A stretch of 63,000 nt of DNA, filler included, from Octopus bimaculoides (Eukaryota): assembly GCF_001194135.2 (NCBI RefSeq). It is 5 parts of 5 records of this genome, joined end to end, with 100 filler letters (N's around TTAATTAATTAA, not from the genome) between each part and the next. Parts side by side here need not be neighbours in the genome. Positions count along the whole stretch, not along the records: positions 1 to 25,806 come from NC_068982.1; 4 more parts are not named here. One strand, given 5' to 3'. Shown piece after piece: positions 1 to 11,449 of this stretch. Every line of letters starts with the position of its first letter. Within the stretch, counting starts at the first letter, position 1. Both the position numbers and the translations under genes were made by a program. Below the pieces are notes generated by a model. The model worked only from the letters and a program-made list of their open reading frames with translations, did no database searches and was not told where the DNA came from.

Positions 1-224
1 CCTCCCACTTGGATTTTTATGTATTCTTTCTCCCACTTGGATTTGAAATGTTGCCACAATTATAATATGTCTATTCTACTGTAATTTTCTGCATTTTCGT
101 GCAGCTGAAGATTGCTCTTCATATTGCATTTAATGTAATGCTCACATTACTTAAATAAATGGAATAGCATGAAACGTGCGTACTGCAATCATCTTTGAAA
201 TCCGTGTTGCTTATTTTGATTTTT

Positions 225-265
<41 letters not shown>

Positions 266-490
266 CATGTTTGTGCTTCTTTGTTTTGACATTATGTGAT
301 GCATGTTAACAAGTGTCAATGTCATACAAGTAGCATATTTCATTTCCAATCTTCCCCCAAAATATATCAGGGAATGGGGAAGTATTAACTTGCTTGGTAA
401 CCAGTGAGGGCTGGCAACAAGATCCCTTTGACTTGTGCAAGCATTAAAAAGTGGATGTTAAAATGATGACAAGCTTAATATAAACAATAC

Positions 491-623
491 CTCAAATTTG
501 ATCAGTTCCTGGTTCAATCGGTCAAGTTTCTGTGCGTTCTCTTCCAGTTTTTTATCCAAGCTGCTAGCATCACCAAGTGCTGGATTGTTTATGTATACAT
601 CTTTCATCTTCAGCATACCCTCC
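491..623 (-). CDS. FNBP1L: Internal exon of CIP4/FNBP1L (TOCA-family F-BAR protein), second half of HR1 domain
   Basis: Minus strand ttcatag|G GAG GGT ATG...TTT GAG|gtattg, 133 nt, phase 2 in and phase 0 out. Translates (R)EGMLKMKDVYINNPALGDASSLDKKLEENAQKLDRLNQELIKFE, matching the KMKDVY..NP..GD motif of FNBP1/CIP4. In frame with exon 9134-9246. Paralogue name within the family is uncertain. Confidence 0.93.
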
Positions 624-1117
624 CTATGAAACAGTTAACATGGAATGAATTGAAAGAATAAAAGATTTACATTTTCTCTTCTACAATATCACTCAGTGTA
701 CTGTATTATAATTAGAAGTGCATGTAGGGAAATTGTTACACATTGAGATCAGAACATGAAAATATACAAGGTCAAAATAATCTTAGCAATAATATAATCA
801 CAAGAAGCATCTATTTAGTCTTCTCCATGCTGTTGTTGCCCATGAGCTTTCTCTCTTGTAGCTGCAGGTGCCTTGTGTTACCTTGGGAGGGTACTTAAAA
901 TAAATACTTCACAAAGTTTATTTCTGATATTTTAAGCTGGAAACAGCCTACTTTTGATTTAGAATGAGGCTAAACTTCTGTCTTCTGATGCCATTTTCAT
1001 TGTTAATTTACTTGCCACAAAGTACACAAGGTTTTAAATTGATTATAGCTTTATGGATTTTGTTCCGGATAAAAAATAGGCAGTCCTGCATTTGATGAAG
1101 CTTTTCTGGAAGAAATC

Positions 1118-2425
1118 TTGTTTGATTCTGACTTGGATGACAGTTTTGAAGGATTCACTCAGGCAGATATCGATGGTGAAATGGTTGGAGGTAATGATGA
1201 GGATGGTGACTATGTTTATAACAATGCACCAAGTGGATACTATCACACCTGGCCAGTTGATTTTCATGAAGTTACTGGCCCAAGGAGGTGCCTGATGGCA
1301 TTTCTGAGGGGCAACTCTTTGTCTATTCCTTAATAATGAAATGATAACATTGTTTGTCAATGAGGCTAGTCAATGCATGCTAGTCAGGAGAAGGAAAAGA
1401 GAGGGGCATATACTGGCACCAACTTGTGTATATCAACACATGGAAGGACACCACTTTTGTAGAAAGGAAGGCATTTGTTGCAATTTTACTTCTGACTGTG
1501 CTCACAAAACGCTTATTGTTTGACTTGGATTGGTCTACTGATGACTTTATTGAGATGTAAGGTTTTAGGTACATCATGACAGGAGACAGATTTCTGAGAA
1601 TTCTGTCTTTTTTCTATCTTTCATGATTCCAAAGAGAAACAAAGGAATCACCCTGAGCATGACAGGGCTCACAAAATCCAACTACTTTTTGAAAAGCTTG
1701 TGCCACTTTAGCAAAAAAATTTTTATCTTGAAAAGTAACTCAATTTCAATAAGGCTGCTAATAAACATGCCAGTAAAACCAACCAAGCGGGGCCTGAAAA
1801 CCAAGGGTTGGGTGATGCAAAAACTGGGTACATGTACAATTGGCAACTGTGCTTAGGTTGAAAAACAGTTAAGGTACCAAGGGCTGTTGGTGTTGCACAT
1901 AAAGTGGTTTCTCAGAGGATATGAAAAATAAGGGCATGCCATTCACATGAACAATGTTTTTTCTTCACCTAGCCCAACACGGAAAAGGAGGATGCAGCAC
2001 ACTATGTTAAAACTGTCGGGATGTGAGTAATGAAATCAAAGCAGCAAGACCCTGAACAGGTATGTCCTTATGTATAAAGAGTAGTTACAATGTTATGAAG
2101 TCCTTATGAAGATGCTTTAGACTAGGACTGTTGTGTATTAAGATTAATGGAAAGATATAATCAAGGATTGCCAGTGTCAAAATTTTGTAAGATAATGGTG
2201 GAAGAGAGATACATATAATCAGAAAAATAGAGGCTGTTAAGGCAGCTATAGCAACATTTTCTAATTATATATAATTTTGTAAGCATTAAGCTCAAAACTG
2301 GAGTTTATCAAAATACAAATGGTGGTAGTTATCTCTTAAAACCAGTATGGTTACGGTAATGTTGTTCAAGAGATGAATACATTGAAAGAGTTCCTCACTG
2401 CCCTCTCTGGGCTAAATTTCACACT
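1118..2425 (+). pseudogene. Decayed piggyBac-like (PGBD4-type) transposase
   Basis: Acidic N-terminus (MFDSDLDDSFEGF), then frameshifted motifs WSTDDF..IMTGDRFLRIL, HDRAHKIQLL, MPVKPTKRG, DAKTGYMYNW, GHAIHMNNVF and a C-terminal VPHCPLWAKFHT Cys-rich remnant. Many stops. Confidence 0.85.
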
Positions 2426-2849
2426 GCTTCTGATTGCAAATTCAATTTTTATTCAATGTATATACAACATTTTATCGAAGAATTAGATGCTGAAGTATTT
2501 TATGTTATCTGTAGAAGTCAATAACAGTTCAGTGTCTAAGTAATTTTAGATTTTATAAAAATAAACATTTTAAAATAATCAGGTTACAAAAGGAAGTTAG
2601 ACTTAATGCGAGGGTTTCAGATGTCTTTAACATCTTGTATCAGTTAAAGTGGCAATAAGTTATTTTAGAAAATTTTTTATATATAATGCTGCAGCCAAAG
2701 TTAGTCTGTTCCTCAATGCAAAGACTGATTACAGGATAAACAAGGATTATCCCATGCTGACCCAATAGAGGGACCAGCGATCCAAGTTGACAGCTCCATA
2801 TGCTGTACTGGATGTAACATATGGACACACAAGAGATATAGTGGAATTA

Positions 2850-2972
2850 CTAGCAGATTATCCAAAAATGTAGCAATGAAGATCTTTTCACTAAGAGTGA
2901 AAAGCAGACTGAATAATGGCCGTGTAAGAACTGCAATGCTGCATGGTAGTGAGATATGGGGTCTTGAATTAA
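2850..2972 (+). mobile_element. RTE-like LINE fragment
   Basis: Reads FSLRVKSRLNNGRVRTAMLHGSEIW, the post-RT segment typical of RTE-clade ORFs. Confidence 0.6.
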
Positions 2973-3475
2973 ATAGGACTATGAATTTTTGAAAATATTT
3001 AAATGTAATTTCTACCATATTTTTTCTTGGAGAGCATCCAAAAAGAAACATTTTGAAACTTAGATATTTTAGGAAATACAACAATTTGAATGGTCAGTAA
3101 ATTGGTCAAAATCTTGTGTGATTGGCCTAAATGAATAATTAGCCATATTTGTGATGTCATATCTTTGAAACTGAGGTGATAATCATCTTCAAATTACACA
3201 ACTACATTAATAGTGACTAGTATAGTAGGGTTTTCTTTTTTTTCAGATTCTTGGAAAGAGAACTTTTTTTCTTTTTGGAAGTTTTTTAAATATTTGTGTA
3301 AAGCCTATTTTGTTACATGTCACAAGCAGTCAATTTTGCAGTATTTTCAGACCTAGTTAAATCTAAAAATACAATCCACAGAGACTTGAGTTTTGGCACC
3401 TTTGTAGTAGATATAGAACTAAATAAATCCTGAGATTTGGGGACATGACACCATTGCAATAAAATTTTAATGGAC

Positions 3476-4548
3476 TGTAGTGAAACCTCACTCACAGGCA
3501 TTCAATCACAAATGATAACGAAGTGGTTAACATCTAGCCTTCGACCCTTGTGTCCACAACCCTGATTGGTTCTCATTTGCGCGGCGATTGTCTACAGTCC
3601 TGTTTCGCGCCAGGGTGCATACTGTCCAATAGTGGCCTTTTAATAAGGTCACGTGAGAGAGTGATTTCTGCCTGTTTCCTGGAGCCCTATTTCATCTATA
3701 AATAAGCCTGTTCCAACTGCGCCAGTCATCTTCGATTTCAGACCTCTCACAGGTCTGGTCGCTGACCACATACAGAACACAGCTCCAGCCAGTTTCCAGT
3801 GACGACGTCTTCACCACCAATGTACTGACTACCACAATGTTGTCGCGAGCAACACCACTACCAGGTACACACCAACATCAACAAACGCGGTTTCATCTCA
3901 ACACTGTTTGAGTGGATTATTTCCACCATGAAGTATAACAGCTAGAACAACCTGTGAGAATATTCTATACCAGGTAACTGGTCACAGCATCGACGCTCAA
4001 CAAACACTACATGTGATACCACAGCTCTGCTCTCTCGGCCACAACTTCCTGCGTATGAACATTCTATATCTTGTGTAACTCTTAAAACGAACTGGTATTT
4101 CTCTAACTCTGTGTTTAGGACTTTCATAGTCTATGTTACAGACACTCTTTCTATGTTCTGTGTTCCTCTCACTCACACACACACTTTGTACTCACACATA
4201 TTGCACACACACTATTGCTTATACGACAGTCCGTCATTTCATATTGTTGTATACACACTCTTGCTTACACGAAGGCCTGACTTGAGTATTGTGTTATTTA
4301 TATATGCCGCATGCATGCACACACAGACAATACAGTTTCACTATGTTAATAAACTTACTCTCTTTACATATATAACGGTTGTGTCTGTCACTCTCTTGTT
4401 CCATTACTGGCACTTGGCTCGCATCATCTCACACGGCGAGTCTTCTATGTCATATATTATGTTTTGTGTTCAACCATGCGACGCGTTAAAAGGAGTCATC
4501 TTCCACTTCATCGCCATCTCCTTTGGTTCAAACGGTGGATTAATTACA
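3476..4548 (+). mobile_element. Solo LTR (probably gypsy-type), 1073 bp
   Basis: Begins TGTAGT and ends ATTACA, flanked on both sides by GGAC (3472-3475, 4549-4552; 4-bp TSD). Internal CCAAT-like boxes, CACGTG, TATAAATA (3697) and AATAAA (4348). CpG-rich relative to flanks. Confidence 0.75.
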
Positions 4549-5959
4549 GGACTAATAAAAATGGCTATAAATGATGGAGTTTTGGATCAGGAGCCCACAT
4601 AAGTTGGATTTTCTCTGTTTTGATGTGGATTTTTTCATCTTTTTTAGATCAATCTTGGAAATAAAGGGGGTAAGCTTTTTATAAAAAACAATTTTAGAAA
4701 ATTTATGATTCCCCCTTTCTTGAGAACTGATTTTGGCCAATTTATTTGCACTACACACTTAAAAGAATAGGAGAAGACTTTTTTGGTAAGAAAGAAAGAA
4801 AAAAAAAGGAAATATTTTCAAACAAACAGGCATGTGATTTAAGGGAGATTTAGCTGTTGCATTTAGCACATCTCACAACCACCAGGTACTATTCTCAGAA
4901 TTGCATATACAGCTAGACTAAAAAACAAATAAAATGTGAAAACTAATTCCTACAACATAACTTACAGCAAAATTGTTAGTAGGAGAGAAAGAGAAAAAGA
5001 AACCAACCCAAAACGAATACGAAAACACTACCAACGGTAGTCAAAATCAGAAACAAATCCTCCAAAAATCATCGCATTTGACTTTAATAGTCCACATAAT
5101 TATATTCATTGCACAATATTATTTTCACTGGTGAAATTTGACCAATATTTTTCAAAGAAAAATAAAATCTACAAGTACAAGTATATATGCTTGGTTTACT
5201 TAGTGACTCTCCACATGTTAAAACAGCAAAAGGGAATAAACAATACTTTCAATATGATGGCTCTATGCTAAGTTTGAGCTCAATTTTTTTGTAGTAATAT
5301 ATGTTTACTTAGTAATTAGCTTGTATATTTTTTGAAATTCTGGCTCAAACTCAAAATTTGAAGCCTTGGATTTGTGTTCCACTTGACCTCTTGCTATATA
5401 TAAATACCTTAGTTTGGTAAGTAGTGTCAGTATACCACCCTCTATACTGACTGTGTTTATAGGCATATTGTGGCCAGATTTTGACCATATTGAATAAAAA
5501 TCTTGAAGAAAACATGTTCTTTTCTAAGTGAAAATTAACAATAAAATTTTCTCTTTTATATTTTGTAATGATTATCTAACCTATCCCCATGAATTTTCAT
5601 ATCAAAATAAAACAAAAACATAGTTCATGTTATAGCATTCCAGTGCATTGCACTAGAATGAGGGCTACTGTTCAGCAGTCAAAAAGACAAAAAAAAAAAA
5701 AAAGGACAAACTTTGTAGATGCATGGAAATTCCAAGATGTTTGAAGGATCTTGACATATGTAATCACTGGAGTTTAGTTAAAACTATATGATAAGAAAGT
5801 TCGCATCTAGAATTTTCAAATGATATATACTTTTCCATGGGAAAAATTTATTTTGGCATGGAAAATGATGAAGCAAAAAGTGTGTTTTTGCATATTCAAA
5901 CTATGCTTGTCTCCATTATATGGCACTCTATAGTGATACTTACTTGAATGCAGATTTTC

Positions 5960-6250
5960 TGAGAAGTTTGGAAAGAATTAGTACAAAGGCGCTGAGTGAA
6001 AAACTGGGCATTAGAGGAATCAGTTGTATGCAAGAAAGAAGACTGTGCTTCTATGGACATGTAATTGCATTTGGAAGAGAACAGCTGTATAAAGAAGTGT
6101 TGATTGCTAAATGTGACTGGAACTTGTAGAAGAGGGAAACTCAGGAAGACATGGGACGAAGTGGTTAAGGCTGCCTTTAGGTTCCTAAGCCTAACAGAAG
6201 AGATGACACTGGACTGGTATCTCTGGCAATATGAGGTTGTTGAAAAGACC
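5960..6250 (+). mobile_element. RTE-like LINE 3' fragment
   Basis: LSEKLGIRGISCMQERRLCFYGHV...RRGKLRKTWDEVVK, the C-terminal RL.W.GHV and RGRP.KTW motifs. Confidence 0.75.
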
Positions 6251-6924
6251 CGCCCTTATCAGCAAATCTGACTTCTGGAAGTGCTATGTACTGTGCTTTT
6301 CACCTGCAATACAGTGACTCACCCCCTCAACTCTTAGGCAATTAAGCCTGCTACTTCTCCTGCAGACTACCAGCCTTGTTATCCCCTTCTCTTGCCCTAT
6401 CCATTCAACAAATGTTTCATCATTACCACTTGCATCTCCACCATCCTCTTCTGCACCCCTCTATCTCCCCCAACTCATGATAACTTACTCATCCACCCTG
6501 CTGGCAGTTGGCCTTCCATCCCTCCCTTCATTTGCCTTGCAAACCAATATTTCAATTCACCTGGTATTTTTTGTAGGGCTATCTAGGCATCTCATCACCA
6601 TTATTTATCTCTTGCAACTCCTGCTGATCGTTCATAAGAACTTCACTGCCCCATCAACCTCTCATAGTTCAATCATTTCATCCACTAGCATGAAGTTGAC
6701 CTCCACCTCCAGGGTTTGTAGTCCTGTGAGCTGCATGGTGACTTCAATAGTACAGGTAACACAAAAAAGCACCCAGGCCATACTGTAGAAACCATGTAGA
6801 AACCATGCAAAACAAGACACTGGAACAAGATGCAGCCTTGGACACATTAGATCCTGTCAAACCATTTAATGCATGCCAGCATGGAACACTGACATCAAAT
6901 GATGGTGATGATGATAAATTGCAC

Positions 6925-7130
6925 ACAACTCAAATATGTCAGTGACTTCAAGTACCTTGCATTCTATGTTGCTGACAGTAAGGGAGAAGCCTAGAGTACC
7001 AATAAGTTTCAAAACATCTGACAATCAAGTATTTCAAAGCCAGCAAGGCTTGCTTTCTTCAGGGCATTTGTAGAGAGCAATGTTCTCTTTGGAACTAAAA
7101 CCATCAAAATTGCCTTGAATCAAGCTAGTC
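6925..7130 (+). mobile_element. RTE-like LINE fragment
   Basis: KYVSDFKYL...FFRAFVES..LFG resembles the FKYLGS and ESVLLYG.ETW region. Confidence 0.5.
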
Positions 7131-7607
7131 ACAAGAGTTCAAAACATCTTATGATGTAAGCACAAGACTAAAGAGAGGATTTATGGACATATTCCACCCA
7201 TCTCTACTATTACTGTTTAATGCAGGGGTATGTTTTGCTGGCACCTACACTGTCAGATATTATATTTTGGAAACTCCTGTGCTCTAACTACATTGATGTT
7301 ATTGGCAGAGACACACATGAAATTAAGGCTCAATCAAATCTAGGGAGCTGATTCCTAGCACAACATTTTGAAATGCATCTTCATTACACGTGAGAACACA
7401 TCTTATTTAACATTTCTTGAAAATTATCTTTCAAATCCAAAGGCTTGTAGAATCACAGTATCTCTCATTAGCTCTATCTCTTTCTGTATTTCTTTGGTAG
7501 AAAAGAACAAGGTGTTTTTGTTTTTTTTTAACATAAAAAGCAAAAACATGCCATAGATACACAAAGGGAAGGGATTAAAAAAAGAGAGAAGTTTTGATTT
7601 TCATTTA

Positions 7608-8759
7608 CAACCTAGGGGGATCGGCTGAAAAGTCCATAGGCTGAACAAGATACTCTCATGGAATATAACCAAATGCAGTTTGATTTTCATCATAGCACCA
7701 CCTTGAGGTCCACACACTTCCTCCATTGGTGATGCAGTGTTTGGATCCCATTGATGAAGAAGCTTTTATCCTGTTGCTCAAAAAGTCATCAACAGCAGAT
7801 ATGACATCATTATCATTGCGATACTGGTTTCTAGCCAGGTGCTTTTTCACATTGGGGAACAGACGATAGTCAGATGGGGCAGTCATGCACAGCAGCCATT
7901 GAAACAAAGGATTTGCGTGAATTGTCCTTATGAAACAAGATCCTTTTCGTCAGTTTTTCTGGGCATCTTGATAGCCTTTTGTAACTACCTCAGCAAGTTG
8001 GCATAGTACTCTCCATTAATACTGTAGCCCTTTTGAAGATAGTCAATAAACACAGTGCCTTTTGCATCCCCAAAAACTGAGGCCATCACCTTCTCTGCAG
8101 ATGAAATGACCTTGGCCTCCTTTGTAGTGTGTGAGGAGGGGTGTTTCCACTGCATCCTGGGTTAGGAAACGTTCAAGGAAACCAGCCTTAAACAATGTCA
8201 CCTTTTCCCATGATGTGATCAGCCTGGTGTGCTTTTGACCAGGTGTCAGAAGTGGCAGTCATCAAGCAGAAATCTTCATCATGTCAAGTTCATTGTGCAG
8301 AATATTCTCAACTCTTTCATGGGATATGCTAATAGCATTGGCTATTTGATTTATAGTCAGTCACCTATCATCTATTGCCATGTGGTGAAGATGATTAATG
8401 TTTTTCTCAGTGGCAGCAGTTGCAGGACATCTAGACCTTGGGTCATTTCCAAGACTCTCCCTTCCCCTCCTAAGTCAACTGTTGCCTAATGTAGCAAGCA
8501 TGTCAGCATGAATGTCCTTAAGGTGCTAAACCCTTTTTCTGCAGATACTTAATAATACCATGATGCAAAATTTAGTTTATTTTCAAGAGAAGTCACTACT
8601 AGTTACTTTTGAAGTCTTCTTTGAACAGTCAGATGTCAGTTTACCTGGAAAAAAACAATGCAGTTATTAATAAGAAGAACTGAAATTAATGCATGCAAGA
8701 TTTCACAACTCTAGTATCACTCTTTCATAGTCACCCTATGAACTTTTCAGCCCATCTTG
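7608..8759 (-). mobile_element. Decayed mariner (DD34D) transposon with both TIRs
   Basis: Minus-strand remnants KVMASVFGDAKG..IDYLQKG and TAPSDYRLFPNVKKHL. TIRs GGCTGAAAAGTCCATAGGCTGA (~7623) and TCACCCTATGAACTTTTCAGCC (8731), with TA at both outer ends. Confidence 0.88.
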
Positions 8760-9133
8760 TATTTGCTTGGTGGGCTTATTTGATAAGGGAAGAAATGAAT
8801 GACCATACCTTATTAAAGCTTTGGCAATACATGCCTAATTGTTACTTCATGATATTTCATGAATATTTTCAATATAATTTTAAAAATATTTTTCTAATTT
8901 ATCTTTTATATTTTCATTATAGTTTAAAAAAATAATTATCCATCTCAATACTTTGAACACTGTTCATAATAAAATTAAATGTTAAGATATTTCTTTTCAT
9001 CAATATTTCAGTTCTCAACAACTGATTATATAAATATTGATTTTCAAGTAATTTGAAATAAAAAAATTTGAACTGTGTTAAGTACAGTGTTAAGAGGAAA
9101 AGTACACGGAATTTTGAAATCATTTTGAAATAC

Positions 9134-9246
9134 CTTTCAGCTGTTTCTTTACCAATTTCTTTGTTTATAAGATCAATCTTCTGCTGTAGTTTCTTCCTCC
9201 TCTGATTGGGGGGTAGATCACTGAAGTCTTCTTTCTGATCATCCAC
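9134..9246 (-). CDS. FNBP1L: Internal exon of CIP4/FNBP1L, first half of HR1 domain
   Basis: ataattcag|GTG GAT GAT...GAA AG|gtattt, 113 nt. Translates [37 protein letters not shown](R), the EDFS.LPP.QRRKKLQ signature of the CIP4/FNBP1/TOCA-1 HR1 domain. Confidence 0.95.
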
Positions 9247-10442
9247 CTGAATTATAAAGATAAGCTATAATTACTAAGTGAAAAGTTATAATTAATAATC
9301 TTGGAGAATTACATTATGCTTACACTTCCCTTCTCACTACCACCTATCTAAACAATGCAACAAACAAAATTCTTGTTATCAAGTGCAACCTACAAACAAA
9401 ATAATATTTTCTCATCAATTTGCTCAAGTGGTGGGGTAGTTAACTTAAGCACAATGCCCCAAATTTGAGGGAGGGCTATGTGATTAAATAGCTATAGATA
9501 TCCAGCTGATACTTAATTTATGAACCCAAGAAGGATGTAAAGTTAAATCAACTTAGTGGGATTTGAGAGAGGAATATAGTCAATAAAACTAATACAAGTA
9601 CTCAGTACTTATTTTATCAATACTGGAGTGATGAAAGGCAAATTCAACTGTTAGGTATTTTGTTTAGTACTCTACTGCTTCTGCCATCCACCAAGGTAAG
9701 TAAATATATAAAGAATTGAATAAAGAAATATATAATAATAATGATAATAATAATAATAACAATAATAATAATCAAGCAAAAGCATTGAAGATGCAATGCC
9801 ACACTGATTGCATATCAGAATTCCATAAAAAACAGGCTATTCATAAATAACCAGAGGTTGTTTTTTAAGAGCCTGGGTAGAGACACAGAAGATAATATAC
9901 CTCCTGAAGCAGAAGAAACCTGCTAATTTGGGAATAACATGAGGGGGCACAAAGTTTCCTATGACCACAGTGCCGAGTAAATTCATTCCATGAGATCCAA
10001 ACTCTAGTACCTTGAGGATCCAAGGTAGGAACATGTGTGCATAACAGATCTAACTGCACAGGTATCAAAACTGCCAAACTGGAGAGTGGCAGGGCCAGAT
10101 GGAATCCAAGGCTACTGACTAAAGTGGTTTAGGTTAACACACAAATGAATTGGCTTGCAATTAGACAATTGCCTACAAGATGATGCAGTTCCAGAATGGA
10201 AAGTAGAGGGAAAGACAACATTGCTAATGAAAGATCAATAAAAGGGCCATGAGGCTGGCAATTACCGACCTATTGCTAGTCTTAACCTCTTACAGAAAGT
10301 ATTAACAGGCATCCTCACAAGGAAAATACATATGTTCCTTGTAGAAAACAATCTACTTCTAACAGAACATAAGGGATGCTACTTTGATTTTGTATCTGGT
10401 TTGCAAGATTCCTTATTTAAATCTGTGTGTTGAAACAAATTT

Positions 10443-11216
10443 TTGTTGTGTCTGGGGAGAGTCATATTGTCTTAATATCTAACACACTCACTGGTTCAAT
10501 TTCCACTCATTTAGTATTTTTTTTTTGTCTTCCAAAAATTTTCATTGCCTTTGTAAACTTGTCAATAGAGGTTGACTTTATCCGTTATTGGAGCTACATT
10601 CCTTTCGTCTGTTTGAGATTCTGTTGCATGCATGTGTATGCACATTGGCATGCATGCGTATGCACATATGTATGTATGTATGTGTATGCATGTATGCTGC
10701 ATATTCATATGTGTGTGTGTTTGTGCGTGTTTGTGCTTTCTTGTGTGTGAATGTTTGAGTGTGTCTATGTATATGAGTTTGTGTGATTATGTATGTGTAT
10801 CTGTTATGTATGGATGTGTGACTACATGTGTATCTTTGTGTGTATGTGTGTGTGTGCATTTATGGTCATATGTTTCTGTCTCCTTTTGTAGGTAATTAGA
10901 TGGGTAGGTAAATAAGTATGTAGGTAAACAGATAGATATATAGGTAGGTAGATAGATATATAGGTAATATGAACAGACAAGTACACACACACACACGCAC
11001 AAAATGAGACGGAAACACAAGATCATATATATACACTCCACACACATGCATACACACAAAAACATACGTCCATACGTAACAGATGCATGTACATAATCAC
11101 ACAAACTCATACACAAAGACACACTCAAACATGCACATACAAGGAAGCAGAGGTACAAACACAAATACACACACACACACATACACACATAAACACGTAT
11201 GCACGCTGGGGCACAT

Positions 11217-11263
<47 letters not shown>

Positions 11264-11449
11264 CAAAAGAATCTCAAGCAGACAAAAAGAAATGCAGCTC
11301 TGATAACGGGCAGAATTGATATCCATTGACAAGGTTGCAAAAGCAATGAAAATTTTTGGAAGATATGCACAAAAAAAAAAAATGAGTGGAAATTTAACCA
11401 GTGAGTGCATTAGCTATTAAGGAAGTATGACTCTCTCTAGACACAACAA
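10443..11449. repeat. ~1-kb imperfect fold-back (inverted repeat) element
   Basis: 10443-~10890 is the reverse complement of ~10990-11449 (e.g. ttgttgtgtctggggagagtcata vs tatgactctctctagacacaacaa; tgagtttgtgtgattatgta vs tacataatcacacaaactca), including unique non-microsatellite sequence. Confidence 0.9.
11322..11360 (+). ncRNA. Degenerate hammerhead-like motif, U3-A8 core variant (mirror copy on minus strand at 10531-10569)
   Basis: tcca TTGACAA g gttgc aaaa gcaat GAAA atttt tgga: stem I 4 bp, stem II 5 bp, helix III irregular. Confidence 0.4.
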
